In this document: piece after piece, positions 1-13,556 of the stretch
How the letters are laid out: every line of letters starts with the position of its first letter
Position numbering within the stretch: the stretch's first letter is position 1
Assembly (NCBI GenBank): GCA_032718475.1
Contig: JAUCBJ010007582.1
Location: 1 to 56,501 of the forward strand
Direction: 5' to 3'
DNA from: Nemertoderma westbladi
Lineage: Eukaryota > Animalia > Xenacoelomorpha
DNA: 56,501 nucleotides
Position numbers and translations under genes: made by a program
The notes under the pieces: model-generated
What the model was told of the DNA's origin: nothing
Database searches by the model: none
What the model saw: only the letters and a program-made list of their open reading frames with translations

Positions 1-59
1 TAAATTTTGGCAGGTTAAACTGCTAAAGGTCTTCAAAAGCGCGAACAGCCTTTGCAACA

Positions 60-568
60 ACGCAATCTACCATGGGCTAATCGCTGCAGAGATGCCTTCA
101 ACCCTGGAGTCAATAGGATTATGTAGCTCATCCTGCAAACGCCCAGATGGTTCTGTTCTACATTGCTGCCTTGGAATAGAGGGAAGCCGCTAGTGTGGGA
201 CTTCACATGTACACACAGATTGGCTGCCTCTTATTCATCTTCTGCTGGACTAGATGGAGCTTCAGTTGCAGACCTGGCAGAGGCTAGAAAGCTCGATAAG
301 TACAAGGAGCTATCTACTGTAATACTGTAGTTATATTGTGCAACCAGTTGCATTTGAAACCCTGGGTGGTATTGGCCCATGATCCTTGGCATTTCTCCGA
401 GAGGTTGGTAGACGCATTGAGAGTAGCACAGGAAACAAACGTGCCACTGAATTTCTCCGTCAACGAATTGGGATCTGTGTTCAGATCGGCAATGCCTCCT
501 GCGTGACAGAATCTTTCGGTTTGGGTGAAATGGAGGGGTACAGGGAGAGACAGGGGAGACACCTCTAG
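60..568 (+). mobile_element. Degenerate 3' end of a CRE/NeSL-type non-LTR retrotransposon (restriction-like endonuclease domain)
   Basis: Translation across frameshifts and a stop gives KRPDG...LPWNRGKPLVWDFTC...AEARKLDKYKEL...QPVAFETLGGIG*...FLRQRIGICVQIGNA, the motif series of RLE domains in CRE-like elements. An AT-rich tail follows. Start approximate. Confidence 0.75.
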
Positions 569-3500
569 ACCAGACTGCTGATTTACCCTAAACGCCGTTG
601 CTCTACTTGTTTTTCTTCAGTTTCTCCTAAATTGTAGTAGTCCTATTATGTTGTTGTTTTCTTTTTAATGATATGATAGTGAACGAACATACTGTATGCT
701 TGAGTCTGTCAAAATATGTTGTTTTATCAGTTTTTCAGTTCTATAGTTTGTCAAAATTTATTGTTGCTTTATTGGTTCTATAGTTTCTCCTAATTTGTTG
801 TAGTCCTATTCTGTTATTATTTTCTTTTTAATGATACAATAGTGTTTTACTGTGATAATTATTTTACTATATTTAATTAAAAATTGTTAAACTGTTTCTA
901 TAATTATTGAATATAATCATACAGTATTGCTGTATATTTAATTTAATATATTAATTAATTATTAATAAAAAAAATTAATAAAATTAATTAAAATTTTCAA
1001 TAATATTAAAAAAAAAAATTTCAAAAAAGTGCTGGATAATTTTTCAAGATGTTCAAAAATCCTTTCAAACGAGCCATAAATTATCGAATTTGGGAGAAAA
1101 ACGGCGGAGGAGTAGTATTTTGAAAAATGGAAATATAGTGAAATGTAATTCCGAGATAATTTGCTTTAAAGTTTGAACCTTCCCGCTCAAACCTGACTGT
1201 CTGTAGTCTGTTAATCGGTCAGTAATGTTTGACACTATGGCTTCCTACCAACTCACTAAAATTATCAATATGGGGGTTTTCGGGGTCGGTGATTTCATTT
1301 CTGATGTCAGTTTTAATGTTTGGTGGCATCTAATATGTCTGTCTGACAGCATGTCTGTCTGTCTGTCTTCTAAATTTTGACGGACAAACTGATAGACGGA
1401 AAGACAGCGATAACTCGAGAACTAAAAAAGATCTCGCCAAACTGTTTCAAGATTTGAACTCCCCATTAAATTCTGCATTAGATAAAATAGAAAACCAAAA
1501 ATGTGAAAATTTTACCCAAGGAGGGGGTACTCCCCCCCCCCCCCCCTTAAATGCAGGCACCGAATAGCAGAAGCCAATATCATAAGTATTCATTCCAGAA
1601 CATTTAATTATTTAACTGGAGGTGAACCAGTAGTGTGATAAGCAATAAGTTACATTTACTACTGTATGTTTATGTTACCTCGACTCGGCTACCTAGACAG
1701 CCAGACTATCGACTCGGCTACTATTCAGATAGCCATGGTGGAGGTATCAACTCACCTTCCCCATAGGGTGAAGATGAGTATAATACAGTATATTGGTTGT
1801 CTATTTTGGCTTGCTGCATAGCTGTCTGGTGTAGCCCAGAGGAGGTGAATGTGCTGAGCGAAAGGGCTTTCCATCCAATTCTAACAATGATAGCTAGCGC
1901 ATTGGATTGGTATGTATAGTAACTTTAATAGAGCTATGAAAACTACGAATCTTGAACGGTTGTAAAACCTTTTAATGAACGCAATTGGTGCAACTACTAC
2001 TGTACAGTATAAATATAATTTGAGCCTGATTTTTAAATAATTTGGTAATAATCATATCTTTCAGCAGTCTTTAATTTTAATAGGGCCTATTCATATTTTC
2101 AGAGTCAGTAATTTTTAATTTAGTAACAATATATCTGTATATTTTTTAGGGGTCCGACGATTATTTTTTAGCAGTCTTTAAACTTTTTTAGAATTTTTTA
2201 GTATGCTTATTTAATTTAATTTGACTTTATCCCACCGCCACACCACCGCAGGAACTTATTATTTACGCCTAATGAATGACCTACACAGTAGTTATTTATG
2301 TATTGTCTGTTGTCTCCAATATACTGATATATGTTTGTATCACCAGGAATTACTTTCTCTTCATGACATATCATTAACTTACATATTTTAATAAATATTA
2401 CTGGTACCGTGTTAAATCATGTGTTTAATTTGTTTTTAAAATCAATCAATCAATCAAGCCAGCAAGCTGCTTACTGCAGTACTGCGGGTACCGGTATTAT
2501 ACAGGTGTACTCTGGTACTTACAGCAGGCCTACAGCAGTTCCAAAAAGACAAGCACAGAAGCAAAGGCTGAAGTTAAGAACCTACCGGCTACCGCTGCCA
2601 GGCTGCATGCTGCAACAGGAGGTGCAAGGTACAAGGACACACTGACTGCTACTGCTGACAGGCTGCATGCTGAAACAGGAGGTGCAAGGACACACTGACT
2701 GCTGAACTGTGAACATAAACAGCACACCTTCAGACTGTCAGAGAAAGGATCCTAGGGAAAAGGACTGCAGGAAGGGCAGAAGGTGAGTCTCGAAGCAAAC
2801 AGTCAGAGAGTATAGCAGTACAGTATGCCTGCAGGAGTTGGCAGGTTGGGAGTAGGCCTACAACTTGAGGCCTACTCATGCTACTCATGCTACTAGGGCT
2901 GTAGGGTACCGCCCAGGTTGGAATTTATGTAGAGTTTGCTCAACATGTGTGGCGCGGATTAAGGATCCTGGCACCTGGCGCGTAGTGACAGGGGTGTGTG
3001 GCGCGCATTGAGGATCCTGGCGCGAATATGGATGTAGTAGGGTTAGGTTAGGACAGTAGGAGGTTACGTAGCAGTGCACTAGCAACACATCCCACTCTAC
3101 AGCTCTATTTGAAATTATTCCATAGGTTTAAAAAGATTGAAAAATGTCCGCTCGCTTCGCTCGCGTTTATACTGTACAGCTGTAAGCCTACTCTTAGCAC
3201 TGTCTGGCTGTGGACAAATGGAAACAGACAGATTGAGCATGACCATTAAAAACATGACTTCAGTTAGGAACTTTCACCCGTCAAACGGCTGGACAGACAC
3301 CCCTCAAACGGGTGGATGAGTTTGTATTTCTCCACACAAATCCCTATTAAAAATTAAAATTAAATTCGCATTGCTATTTTTTTAGACGCACGAGTAAAAT
3401 TGGTATTGTGACATAGAGCAGGCAAAACTACATATTTTGGTCCTGTAAAAATTAAAATTACAGCATAGTTAACTTTTAATTAAGAATTAATTGAATTCCA

Positions 3501-5226
3501 CCCGTCAAACGGGTGGATTTGTACAATTTTATCTGCTACTCGTCATCCCCCTGAGGCAAGCAGATTCCTTCCCATCTATGGAGCCAGGCTGCCAATCAAC
3601 ACACCAGAGAGCAGACCTCCACTGTCTACCACTACCATCCTTCCTAGTATACACACACACACACTGTGTACTAATTGAGGCAGCCAGCATAGCATTGGCT
3701 TTCTTATTATACTTACTGTATTACATATTACTCTGCAGCTCTTGTCCGACATTAGCTGAGTTACCTAACATGGCATCTGCTATGCCTTAGGCAAACCTAC
3801 ACAAAAGCGCCCGGCTGATGGCTGGTGGGGTGGCTGCTGGGCTGGACTGCTACACTACACTACTGGTAGTATCCTAATTATATCCCTTTATGAAGACATT
3901 AAGTTAATATACTGGCGGTAAGTTACTGGCGGTAAGTTACAAGTTATTTCTTTATGCTCTATGAAGTTAAGTTCTCCTTCACACAGGCTAGAGCAGAGGA
4001 CTAGGACACCAGTTCACAATTCCTTCAATTTGCTGATTTGGCCTTGAATTGCTGACTTGCACTGGCGCCCAGCCAGCTCATTTCTGCATTACTGCTCAGT
4101 TCATTTTTGACTGTTTGGCTAACCATAAGTCTGTAAGTAAGAGTAATGTAAAAATATGATAATTGAAATCCTGATCCCGAAATTAATTAAAGTTAATTAA
4201 CTCAATTAGGCAAAAATAATTAATTTAATTAATTACAGTTATAAAATACAGTTAGGTACGGTATTCACAGCGAGATTTGATTGCACAGTGATAGCAAACC
4301 TCACAGTCGTGGTGCACAGATTTTCTAAATTGGAGCCAAATTTTTCTAAAAACCGTAAATTAGAATTGCATGAATTATATGAATTGCATGAATTTTGTAA
4401 CAGATTCCTCCATCTTATTGCTGTATTGGGTCAGAATTTTTCGGAGAGATGGAAAGCTGGCCATACAAGGATACCAAATGTGATATTGATATCATGCAAC
4501 TTTCAAACGCCCATTTTAAGAATTGCATGAATCCCCCCTCCTTTAATAATTTTGCATTACTTCTATAACTCTGATTACTGAAGTTTGGGCTTTCCCGGCA
4601 TGTAATTATATGTGTCTCTATTGGTGTTTATGCACTGGCTTGGCTGGACCCTATTAGACAGCTACAGTAAGTCGGAGTAATACAAGGTGATAGCTTTCAC
4701 CTTTATTATATACCTTTATTATTTTAAACGATGTAGTAATATATGGTCAATCATTGAGTGGTACGGTTCAAGATGCTCTCAATAAATCAGCAATATATTG
4801 TAAGGTCAACGACCTCAAGGTCAACTTAAAGAAATCTGGGCCAAATTAAGACAAATCAAACGCCAAAAGATCTTGCATGATGCCCCATGATCACTCCAAC
4901 CCCCCCCCCCCCCCCCCACCCTCCATGTCAAAGCATCATCCTTCTGTCCTTGCTTATGCAATGCATTGGAACAAGCAAAATGATTTAAATGGCATTTAAA
5001 TTGCACCTCTGTTATGAGTGCCCTGAGCAGCCTGTGTGGTATTTTGTTCAGTCAGTTCCTCAGTTTGGGAACTCTGTTCCAATGGGTTGCGAACTTTATT
5101 CTAATAATTACGACCTTTGTTCCAATATTGTTGTGAATGTACATCGCAATTCTTAACCCTGTCTACCCTGGGCCATTTAGATCTTCCTACAGTCTGGGGG
5201 GGGGGGGGGGGGGATTCGACCCAGAC

Positions 5227-8200
5227 CTTCAATTGAGACATCGATAGGCAAGAGGCCGCTAGTGGCGCCTCGAGGTTGAAAGAACATTCCATCGACTACA
5301 ACAGATCGGAGGAAATCGAAAATTGGTTTCTTTATCGGCAAATCTGATGTGTTTTGTGATTCTAGAGTTGGGCTGTGGGTTGGCGTTTGCATTGGGAGTT
5401 GTGTCAGAATTAAACTTGAAATAAATTCTGGTGTTGAACAGAGCTGACCAAATTCCGGAGTGTTGTGATACAAAAATACCAAAAACTGAATAATATTCAA
5501 GGGCAGCTCAGATAGTTTGGTTTCGGAAGAGTTTTGTGAAGCGGAATGTATAGACGCTCGCACCATGGACAGCATTACAACCGCGGCTTCTGCACAAAGA
5601 ATACTATTTCCAATTCCATGGGCTGAACTTTGACTGGCCGGGATACCAAATACGTACAACCACAACGAATCTAGATAAACGGAATCGTCCAGCGGAAAAC
5701 TCGTCTTTGGCTGGCCGAAGAGAATGGCAGCGAGCAGATAGTAAAGTTTGGAATGATTCCACTGGTCAGTTAGGAGATATTGCAGAACGGTAAAGCCATG
5801 TTGCCGACAATATTCTAGGTTGACCTCCCTGGGGAAATTCCTCAATTTGGTCCCAACATTAAATCCAAGTACGACACCCATACGGTTCTCGGTCACAGAC
5901 TCCGTCTCAGTAAGCCAACCACCCACGTTGCTACCATCGCGAAACCTCTCCAAACCTGGAAGATGAGATAAAACCAAAGACAATATCAGTAAACCCAAAA
6001 CACTGGTGCTGGAATGTAGATGAGGCTGAACGAATAACAACAACCAATCATTACCTAGAACCTGTTGTACATCGTCAACAAACTGTGATTTAACTTTTCC
6101 GGAATCAATTAAAAGATTCAGAAAAACTTCTAGACATAAGTTTCTCATAATGATCGCCTTGCTGGATATATAACTGCACGAAGTATCATCTACTAATCTC
6201 TTGTTAGCGAGTTCTCCAGGCTCGTCTGTAACATGTCCGTGCTCGGAGACCGCCATGGGTGGGAGGGTGTTGGCAACAAACTGCCCAAACCGAAGTAAAT
6301 CCTTCATATTAGGATTGTCTCTAAGCAGGGCAGTCAGCAGTCGAATAATGCTCCTCAATGTTGTATATAAAATACTATCGTCCTGCAGTTTGAAAATTAA
6401 CTTCGGAATAACATTAAGCTCCCGCAATAACATGTTGTGGTATTGGGAGTTGTGCGAGTCAGTTGCGATCTCCAATAGGTGATCATAGATCGGTTGTGCC
6501 AGATCAGGATCAGTCCTGTTCCAAATATCAAAGTCCAGCAGTAATTCCCTGAATGCAGAAGTTTGACCCCCGAGAAAATTGTAACCATCATAATTGTCAT
6601 TTGTACCGCATATTGTAAATATTAGATGTAGAATGTGGCTGTTCAATAGACCGGTCTTTTGCTTCAATAATAGGGCCAATATCCTGTAACCGTGTAGCCG
6701 TTCCATTTCTTCCTGGGATAACCGGTGACATTTTATAACGCCAGTTAGTAGTTTCACTGAAGAATAAAGTCCATCGCTATTAGTAGAATGGTAAATTAAA
6801 GAAAGCAGCATGGATACACCACCAACTTGAGAAATAGCTTTGGCAACGGGTTTCGGACTAAAAGTTCTCAAATTAAAGTTGGTCCCAACCAGCACGGCAC
6901 CGAAGCATCTCGCATTCCCGTAGAGATGAGTGGTCGCGTTGTGAATAACTCGTATCGGAGTTCCGACGTCGTTGCTATTCAAATGTAACTGTCTTGCAAT
7001 TAATTTGCCATCAGTGTTGTTATAGAGTTTCCTTATCTTCGCAATATTCAGAACAGATAGCGCGTGGGCGTGGAGGGACCAGACCAAGCGTTCCTCGGCC
7101 ACCAACGGTTGTGCCGTCCTTAGCAACCCATGATCCAACAACCCTTGGCAACGGGGCGACTGGTAGCTACCCGTGTAGTTCGGTCCCAGGCGGTACATAG
7201 CGGCGGGGACCTCAGGAGGTACGACATCCTCAATGATGGCGGAAGGACCGAGTCGCCATAGCAGATGGGACCGATTGGAGAAGCTAGAAGGGGTCCCGAT
7301 GTACGCGTATATAGAGAGTATAGAGTTGGCTGCGGTGCCGCTTGCTGTTTGGTGGGACTGAATGTAGGAAAGTTTCTGACATCCAATCTGTTGACCGTTA
7401 ACGTAAACGTAACAACCGGAACTCTGTTTAAACATCGACTTGGAGAGAACGACAACCAAATGGTTCCACACGCAATCGTTCCATAACGACGACATATTAA
7501 ACTTAACCTGAGTTGAGTCGTCGGAATCGTTAACTTTCACATTAGAAGGCTGAACTTCCTTTGTAGAAATTATAATATTCTTATTGTTGGGAGTTAGTAG
7601 AATAGACAGACAACTGGAATGCGTTGTACTCCCCAATACGTGTCGGTTTATGGTGATCAGTCGCAGGGGATGGCTGGACTCCTGTCGAGACGACATTAGT
7701 TTACGGATGTTCAACCAAAAGGATAAAGTTAAACCGCTGGGAGGCGGGAATTGTCGCTCGCCCAGACCGAGACCACCGACCACGTTCACGTCGTGACTGG
7801 TTACCATGCCGACGCCGATACCGACGATAGCTCCGGCGGAGGGGGACTGAGGGAAGAGCGAAGGGAGGAATAGACAGCCGTAGCCATCGTCCGAGCTCAT
7901 GTCGAACTCGATAAACCCAGGGGTCACCGCTGTCCCGTCACAATGAGTCTCCTTAGGCGTCACCATGGAAACAAGAGATTTTAACCGCGCAAGAGGCAGG
8001 GAATCGTGGGCGTTGGGTGTCCCGACTTGGTAGTCGAGGGGTCGGAGGTGTTCAACCAAGGACTTGTTGTAGATCGAATCGATAACGTCCTGGGGAAGGA
8101 AGGGGGAGAAACCAGGAGGATCGAGGCACCTACAATGGAAGGGCTGACCCAGGCGGAGGTAGTGGTAGAGATCCTTGGCTTCCAGACTCTGGGACGCCAA

Positions 8201-10786
8201 CGATTCAAACACCCGCTGAACTCGGTCGTATAGCGGATGCGCTTCGCTGTTTAAAGCCGCGCTGCATCTTTTGATTAAATGGGAAGCGAAGGAAACCTTG
8301 CAGAGAATCTGTATATTCGACTCCGTAGATAAAAGAACCCAAAGGGTGTCGAACACATGGCATTGAATAATGTGAGAGGAATTATTGTCGGATGGCAAGG
8401 CGGTAATTAAATCGATGATAGTTATGAAGGCGCCCGGATGAGCGATAGTCTCATTGTCAACCGGGATCGGCTCAGAATCTTTGTTTTTATCGATAGCGTG
8501 GACATCAACGGCCATAAAATAAATGCATCTCAGTAACCGGCAAGCTGAAAGTAAATCGTCATGGTGCTCTGAGGTAACAACCGGGTTAAACGGAGCGGTA
8601 AATAACCCGTCCAACAATGGAGTTGGGTAGGCGGCGTCGCACAGTTGCCCCACTGCGCAGAAGTAGGGCGTCTTCAGCAGCGCGCGGGTAAGCATATCGT
8701 ATCGGATATCGGTAGAGAAGTACCTCTCGTTGGTGGAGTCCTTGTGCATGGCGGCCGTTAAACAAACGCAAGTGGAAGAGATCAGAGTAAAGAGTAAACC
8801 GTCGGCCCAATCCAGTTCGATTGATAACAAAATCGACGATAAATTAACGAAACCCCCGGCGTGCCGAAAGTAATTCCGACTATTGCGGCATTTAAGCAAA
8901 ATATGCGAGAGATTCTCTAAAATATAAAGTTTCAGTTTAATACATTTTGATTGCAAAGCCTTTAGAAGTATATCAATATCGTTTTGCCGAGTGGTGCTCC
9001 AAATAACTGACTTTAATATTTCCATCAGAGAGTCTCGGTGCTTAAAGTCCGTTGAATTCGGATCCGTAACCAAAGAGAAAGCGGAATCTACGATTCCATA
9101 ATCCCGCAGTTGGTTCGAGTTCTTTTTGTTTTCGGAGCAAACATTGGCGAGGCATTCCATTATAGCGACGGCGACTTCCTCCACGATGCCGTCGCTCGAA
9201 GGGAAACTCAGATTCAGCAGATACTTCTGGAGGTACAGAGCGATGACTTCTAGCAGTTCGACCTCACGGTAGACATCCTTAAGGTTCGCATTGTGTTTTA
9301 CTAGCCGCGTCAGGGATTCCACAACGTAAGTACTAAACTCCTTACTGCAATTAAGTTTCAATAAATTCGATAAAGTTTGTAATTCTTTGGTGGGAACGTA
9401 ACCGATGTGCAGAACGACGAATTCGAGAAGCTCGAAGTATTTCAGTTGAACGTCGTTCGGTTTGGATTCGATGATCTGCGTGAAAAGATTCAGCGTTTGA
9501 AGGGATTCCAGGATGGTGTAGTTAGCGGGATCAGATGCGTAGATGGTCCGCATTGTGTCGAGGACGTTATTGAGGAGGATGGAACGCGTTCCTTTCATAA
9601 AGACCATCTGTAGGACGCGGAACGCAGCGATGTTCCTGACCCCGAGACCGCCACCGAGGGGTAGATGGACCTCCCGATTCGGGCCGGGTTCCAACCGCGC
9701 TGTCCCGGAGTACTTCAGGTTCTCGCACGTCGACAAGGTGCACACCATCAGCACCAAGTTGCGGATTGTCTCTTCCGCGTCCTCGGCTCCCGTCGTCTCC
9801 AACTTGAGTAGAACGTCGCAAAGGAAGTTGTACCCGTTGCAGGCCCCAAAGTCCGCCAATAGAACCTGAGTTATTTCGCTGGAGTCTTTGAGGAAGACCG
9901 ACAAAGATAGGAGCATATCGACTATATCTGAGTGGGAGACATCGTTGATTCGTTTAATATTGTCTAAGGAGAGGCCGATGCAACCTTTACTGTGGATGTA
10001 ATGGGTAACCATTGGCGACAACCCATAGCGACCTATAATAAGGATAACCTCGCTGGCGGCATCCCTCCACAAGACGTTATAACTTGTCGTCCACGACGTC
10101 ATAGCTAAGAATAACAAGGAGAGGTCGTCTTTATTGGCCAGTTCCTCGACGGCGGCTGTGTAGCCACAGAGTTTGACGAGCAATGGCGTTATAACCCGCT
10201 GCAACCGGTGGCGTTCAGACACGTCGTCCTCCGGGGGCAAATCGAAGAACAGATACAGGGATTTAACGAGAGTCGACGGTAGAGAAGCCGATATAAGTTT
10301 ATCTACGATAGTCTCACCGCAGGTGGAGAGTAGATTGAGCGCGGTCAGGAGGTTCCAACCATTACAATCGGCATCCGAGTTTGGCGGTTCGAGATATTTG
10401 AATATTCCAACAGCGGCATCGACTGTCTCCTTATTGGCGGCGCGGCGACGTATCTCTGCGACGCCGAGTTTACCGACTAAAGAAGCAAATTGTGCTAAAT
10501 CGCTGAATTTTTCATGAATAACATTCGGTGACGAAAGCTCAAAAACCTTCTGGAACACAGGCAACATAATATACATTTGTTCATCCTGCTCTTTTGCTGT
10601 GAGTAATGAGTAAGGGTGAACGACCTCACGGAAAAGCTTCCGAAAGTGTATCAAACCCAGCAACTTATCTTCGTGTTTGTCTTCCACATCTTTAATATCA
10701 ACAACTTTGATCTCTTCTGAAACACATTCTGGTTTAGAAGTTGATTTGGAAATTCTCCTCCCAGTAAGTTTCCTTATTAAACTCAT
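5227..10786 (-). CDS. WDFY3: WDFY3/ALFY (Blue cheese) BEACH-family autophagy scaffold, first coding exon (~1853 aa); PH-BEACH-WD40-FYVE part not seen in window
   Basis: The N-terminus MSLIRKLTGR...LGLIHFRKLFREVVHP...KEQDEQMYIMLPVF...EIRRRA and later blocks (LPSTLVKSLYLFFDLP, concanavalin-like region with FPPPSGLTLSFW) match WDFY3 as I recall it. Similarity ends at IDVSIE, where GAAG|GTCTGG is a plausible phase-1 donor (5226-5225). The ORF tail to 5177 is read-through into a poly-C tract. Confidence 0.92.
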
Positions 10787-12029
10787 ATTGGTAATTTATA
10801 ATTTATTCACATTTTCTGTTGGAGGAAACATAGGCATAATGACCATACTGCCATATCATCACATGTTATATTGCTATATGCTTTGTTTTATACATTACAT
10901 TATTGAAATGAATTGCAAATTATCATCAAAGATATCATTATAAATTTCACATTTATATTCAAATGTACGTAAACGGCCTACTCCTACCCGTACGGACGGC
11001 CTACCTGCCACTACTACAGTACTACTGTAATAAGCCTATTTCAAACTTAAAATTAACATTTTAAAATCTATGTCGAGCTCGAGACAGACATGTATATTGC
11101 CTATTAATAAAAGGCCTATTGCTGTATTGCAGTATTGTATTGAATTGAGTTGAATTTTAATATCACGCAATCATTAATTAGATTTTATTATAAATCATAC
11201 ATAATATTACTAATCATAAATTAGCATTAAGCACTCACCCGTCTGCCCGTAACCGACTTAACTCAGACATAAGAAATATATTAAATCATACATAATGAGT
11301 AAATCCAATAATTATGTAATTATTTGAAAATAAACCCAATATAACAAGCCACAAACAAACAAAAGCTGCAGGAACTCGAGCGATAATTAATTATTAAATA
11401 CTGTTTCAATTAAATTATTTACGAAAATCTACTATCTTCTTTTAAATATGGACCGGCTGCATTCGTGGGAAATATAATATTTGATAATTCAGCAGTCAGC
11501 CTACGATAATTTTGCAGGCTAGGTCCTTGTCAATTGTCATGGCCTGTTATTTAGATGGCCTTGGTCTGTTGGTATAGTACCATACATTTGCTGATTTGTG
11601 GATACTGGATACCAATATGACAATAGTTGTGTACAAATGGATCTTTTCTTCATGAAACCGTTCATTCATTGCGACTTTCAGACTTTGTAATAATATGGTT
11701 TGTCAGTTTGTAAGCAGATAATTGAGCAATTCAGTTTTATGCATGATTAGTTTAGTTTAGTTTTATACACTCTTTAATTAAATTTATTTAAAATCAATAT
11801 CAAATAAATTATACAGATATAAGTGAACAACTATGAGGCACTTAACATTAGTTAGTATTAGGAAATTAAAATTAAGTATAACGGATTAGCCTACAATATC
11901 TTACAATGTTACAAGCAATATAAGTGAGCGATATGGGACGGTAATTATACGAGTCAGTGCCAGTGGCAGAGTTTATTTCAGTTTATTTTCAGTTTATTTC
12001 AACCATTTTTCAGTTTTTAAATAAAGGCT

Positions 12030-12685
12030 GAAACCTGTATGGAATCCATCCAAAAAGTGCGCCGGATAGCGCGCCGACCAATTTTTATGCGCGCCGCGCG
12101 CCGATGCCACTTCGAAGAAAAACCCCGCGCCAACTAAATTTTTAAGCACGCCGATCATGCCGATGCAATTTCGAAGAAACCCCGCGCCAACTAAATTTTT
12201 ATGTGCGCCACACATTGAAACAATATGAAGAGCGCCACACCAATGCAAATTCAATTTTGAGGGAGTGTAACCAATCTGCTGATCTGTCAATGTCAGTCAG
12301 TAGGCCTACTGCTGTACCAGTCCCTGCTGCGGGCTGCCCTATATCTGTATACAATACAACAGTAGCCTAACCACTGAACCATACAACAGAAAAAGAAAGG
12401 CGAGCGAAGCGAGCCGAAATTTTTAAACAGCTAATGCTATTTTTAAGGCACTTCCATAATTGTTAAACCTGTAAACTAACAAATCGGCGCCGGTTTTTAT
12501 TTTTGGGAGCGCCACGCGCCAAAGCTGAAAGCCGGCACGCTTTACGATTTTCGAGCGCGCCACGCGCCAAGGTCGGCGGCTTTACGATTTTCGAGCGCGC
12601 CACGCGCCACATTGGCGCGCTTTTATTGCAAAGTGCGCCGGATTTTAATCCGGCGCAAAGTGTATGGATTCCAGTCTGGGGCTGA
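12030..12685. mobile_element. Putative non-autonomous DNA element (MITE-like)
   Basis: Imperfect terminal inverted match (tggaatccat near 12040 / atggattcca near 12664) and many internal GCGCCG/GCGCCA subterminal repeats. Confidence 0.4.
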
Positions 12686-13019
12686 AAGGTATAGTATTAG
12701 CTGCTGAGCTGTGCCCTGAGCTGCTGAGCCAGTCACCATTGTGCGCCAGCGGCAATCTGGCAATGCAGCATGCCGCAATGACTGAATGAGTGTGATTCCA
12801 TAATGGGTTCAATCGAGGATACATTGTACATGACTGCATGACTGCACTATGGGGCGCCGTTTGGGCCAAAAATAAAAAAAACATATTATATTAAAAAGTT
12901 ATAATGGTATGTTTTTTATCTTGCCGTTTGGGCCAAAAGTTGTAATGGTATGTTTTTTTATCTTGCCGTTTGGGCCAAAAATAGCTGAGAGGGAAATTTG
13001 AATTATCACTTTCTATATA

Positions 13020-13551
13020 CTGTATTTAGCAATTGCAATTATCATCATACCTGTGAGCCTGTCTGCCTATACATGATTGTGGATTGTATTTACACACGGT
13101 GTACCGTATCGCTGTAGGAGTGGACTTTAGGCTTACCTCCCGCTGTATGGCTGTATGGGCCTTGGCCTACCAGTACTCATATACTGTCACTCACTGGGTA
13201 ATGCTGTAATGCGTTAGGCTGTTAGGTACAAATCAGTATACTTTAGGCCCTGTAGCATTACACCTTGTGCTTGTGATAGGCCTACATCTTGTGGTCCACA
13301 ATACTGCAATACTGAGGCATTAATGTCAGAATGTCATTTGTACCTAACAGCCTAACGCTACATTACAGCATTACCCAGTGACAGTATATGAGTACCGGTA
13401 GGCCAAGGCCGCCCACACAGCGGGAGGTAAGCCTAAAGTCTACTCCTACAGCGATACGGTACCGTGCTGCCGTGTGTAATTACAATCCACAATCATGTAT
13501 AGGCAGACAGGCTCACAGGTATGATGATAATTGCAATTGCTATAAATACAG
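13020..13551. mobile_element. ~530-bp palindromic MITE-like element
   Basis: Arm 13020-13233 is the near-perfect reverse complement of 13336-13551 (e.g. gcaattgcaattatcatcatacctgtgagcctgtctgcc / ggcagacaggctcacaggtatgatgataattgcaattgc). Confidence 0.8.
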
Positions 13552-13556
13552 GGGTT

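Noticed and set aside
5177-5226. C-terminal GLGRIPPPPPPDCRKI of the 1869-aa ORF as the true WDFY3 end
   Set aside because: It derives from a poly-C tract after a plausible donor, and WDFY3 normally continues for well over 1000 aa.
6201-10517. Short antisense/alternate-frame ORFs overlapping WDFY3 (likewise those over NSUN2, AASDHPPT and the TIR gene)
   Set aside because: Shadow ORFs of GC-richer coding sequence with no recognisable domains.
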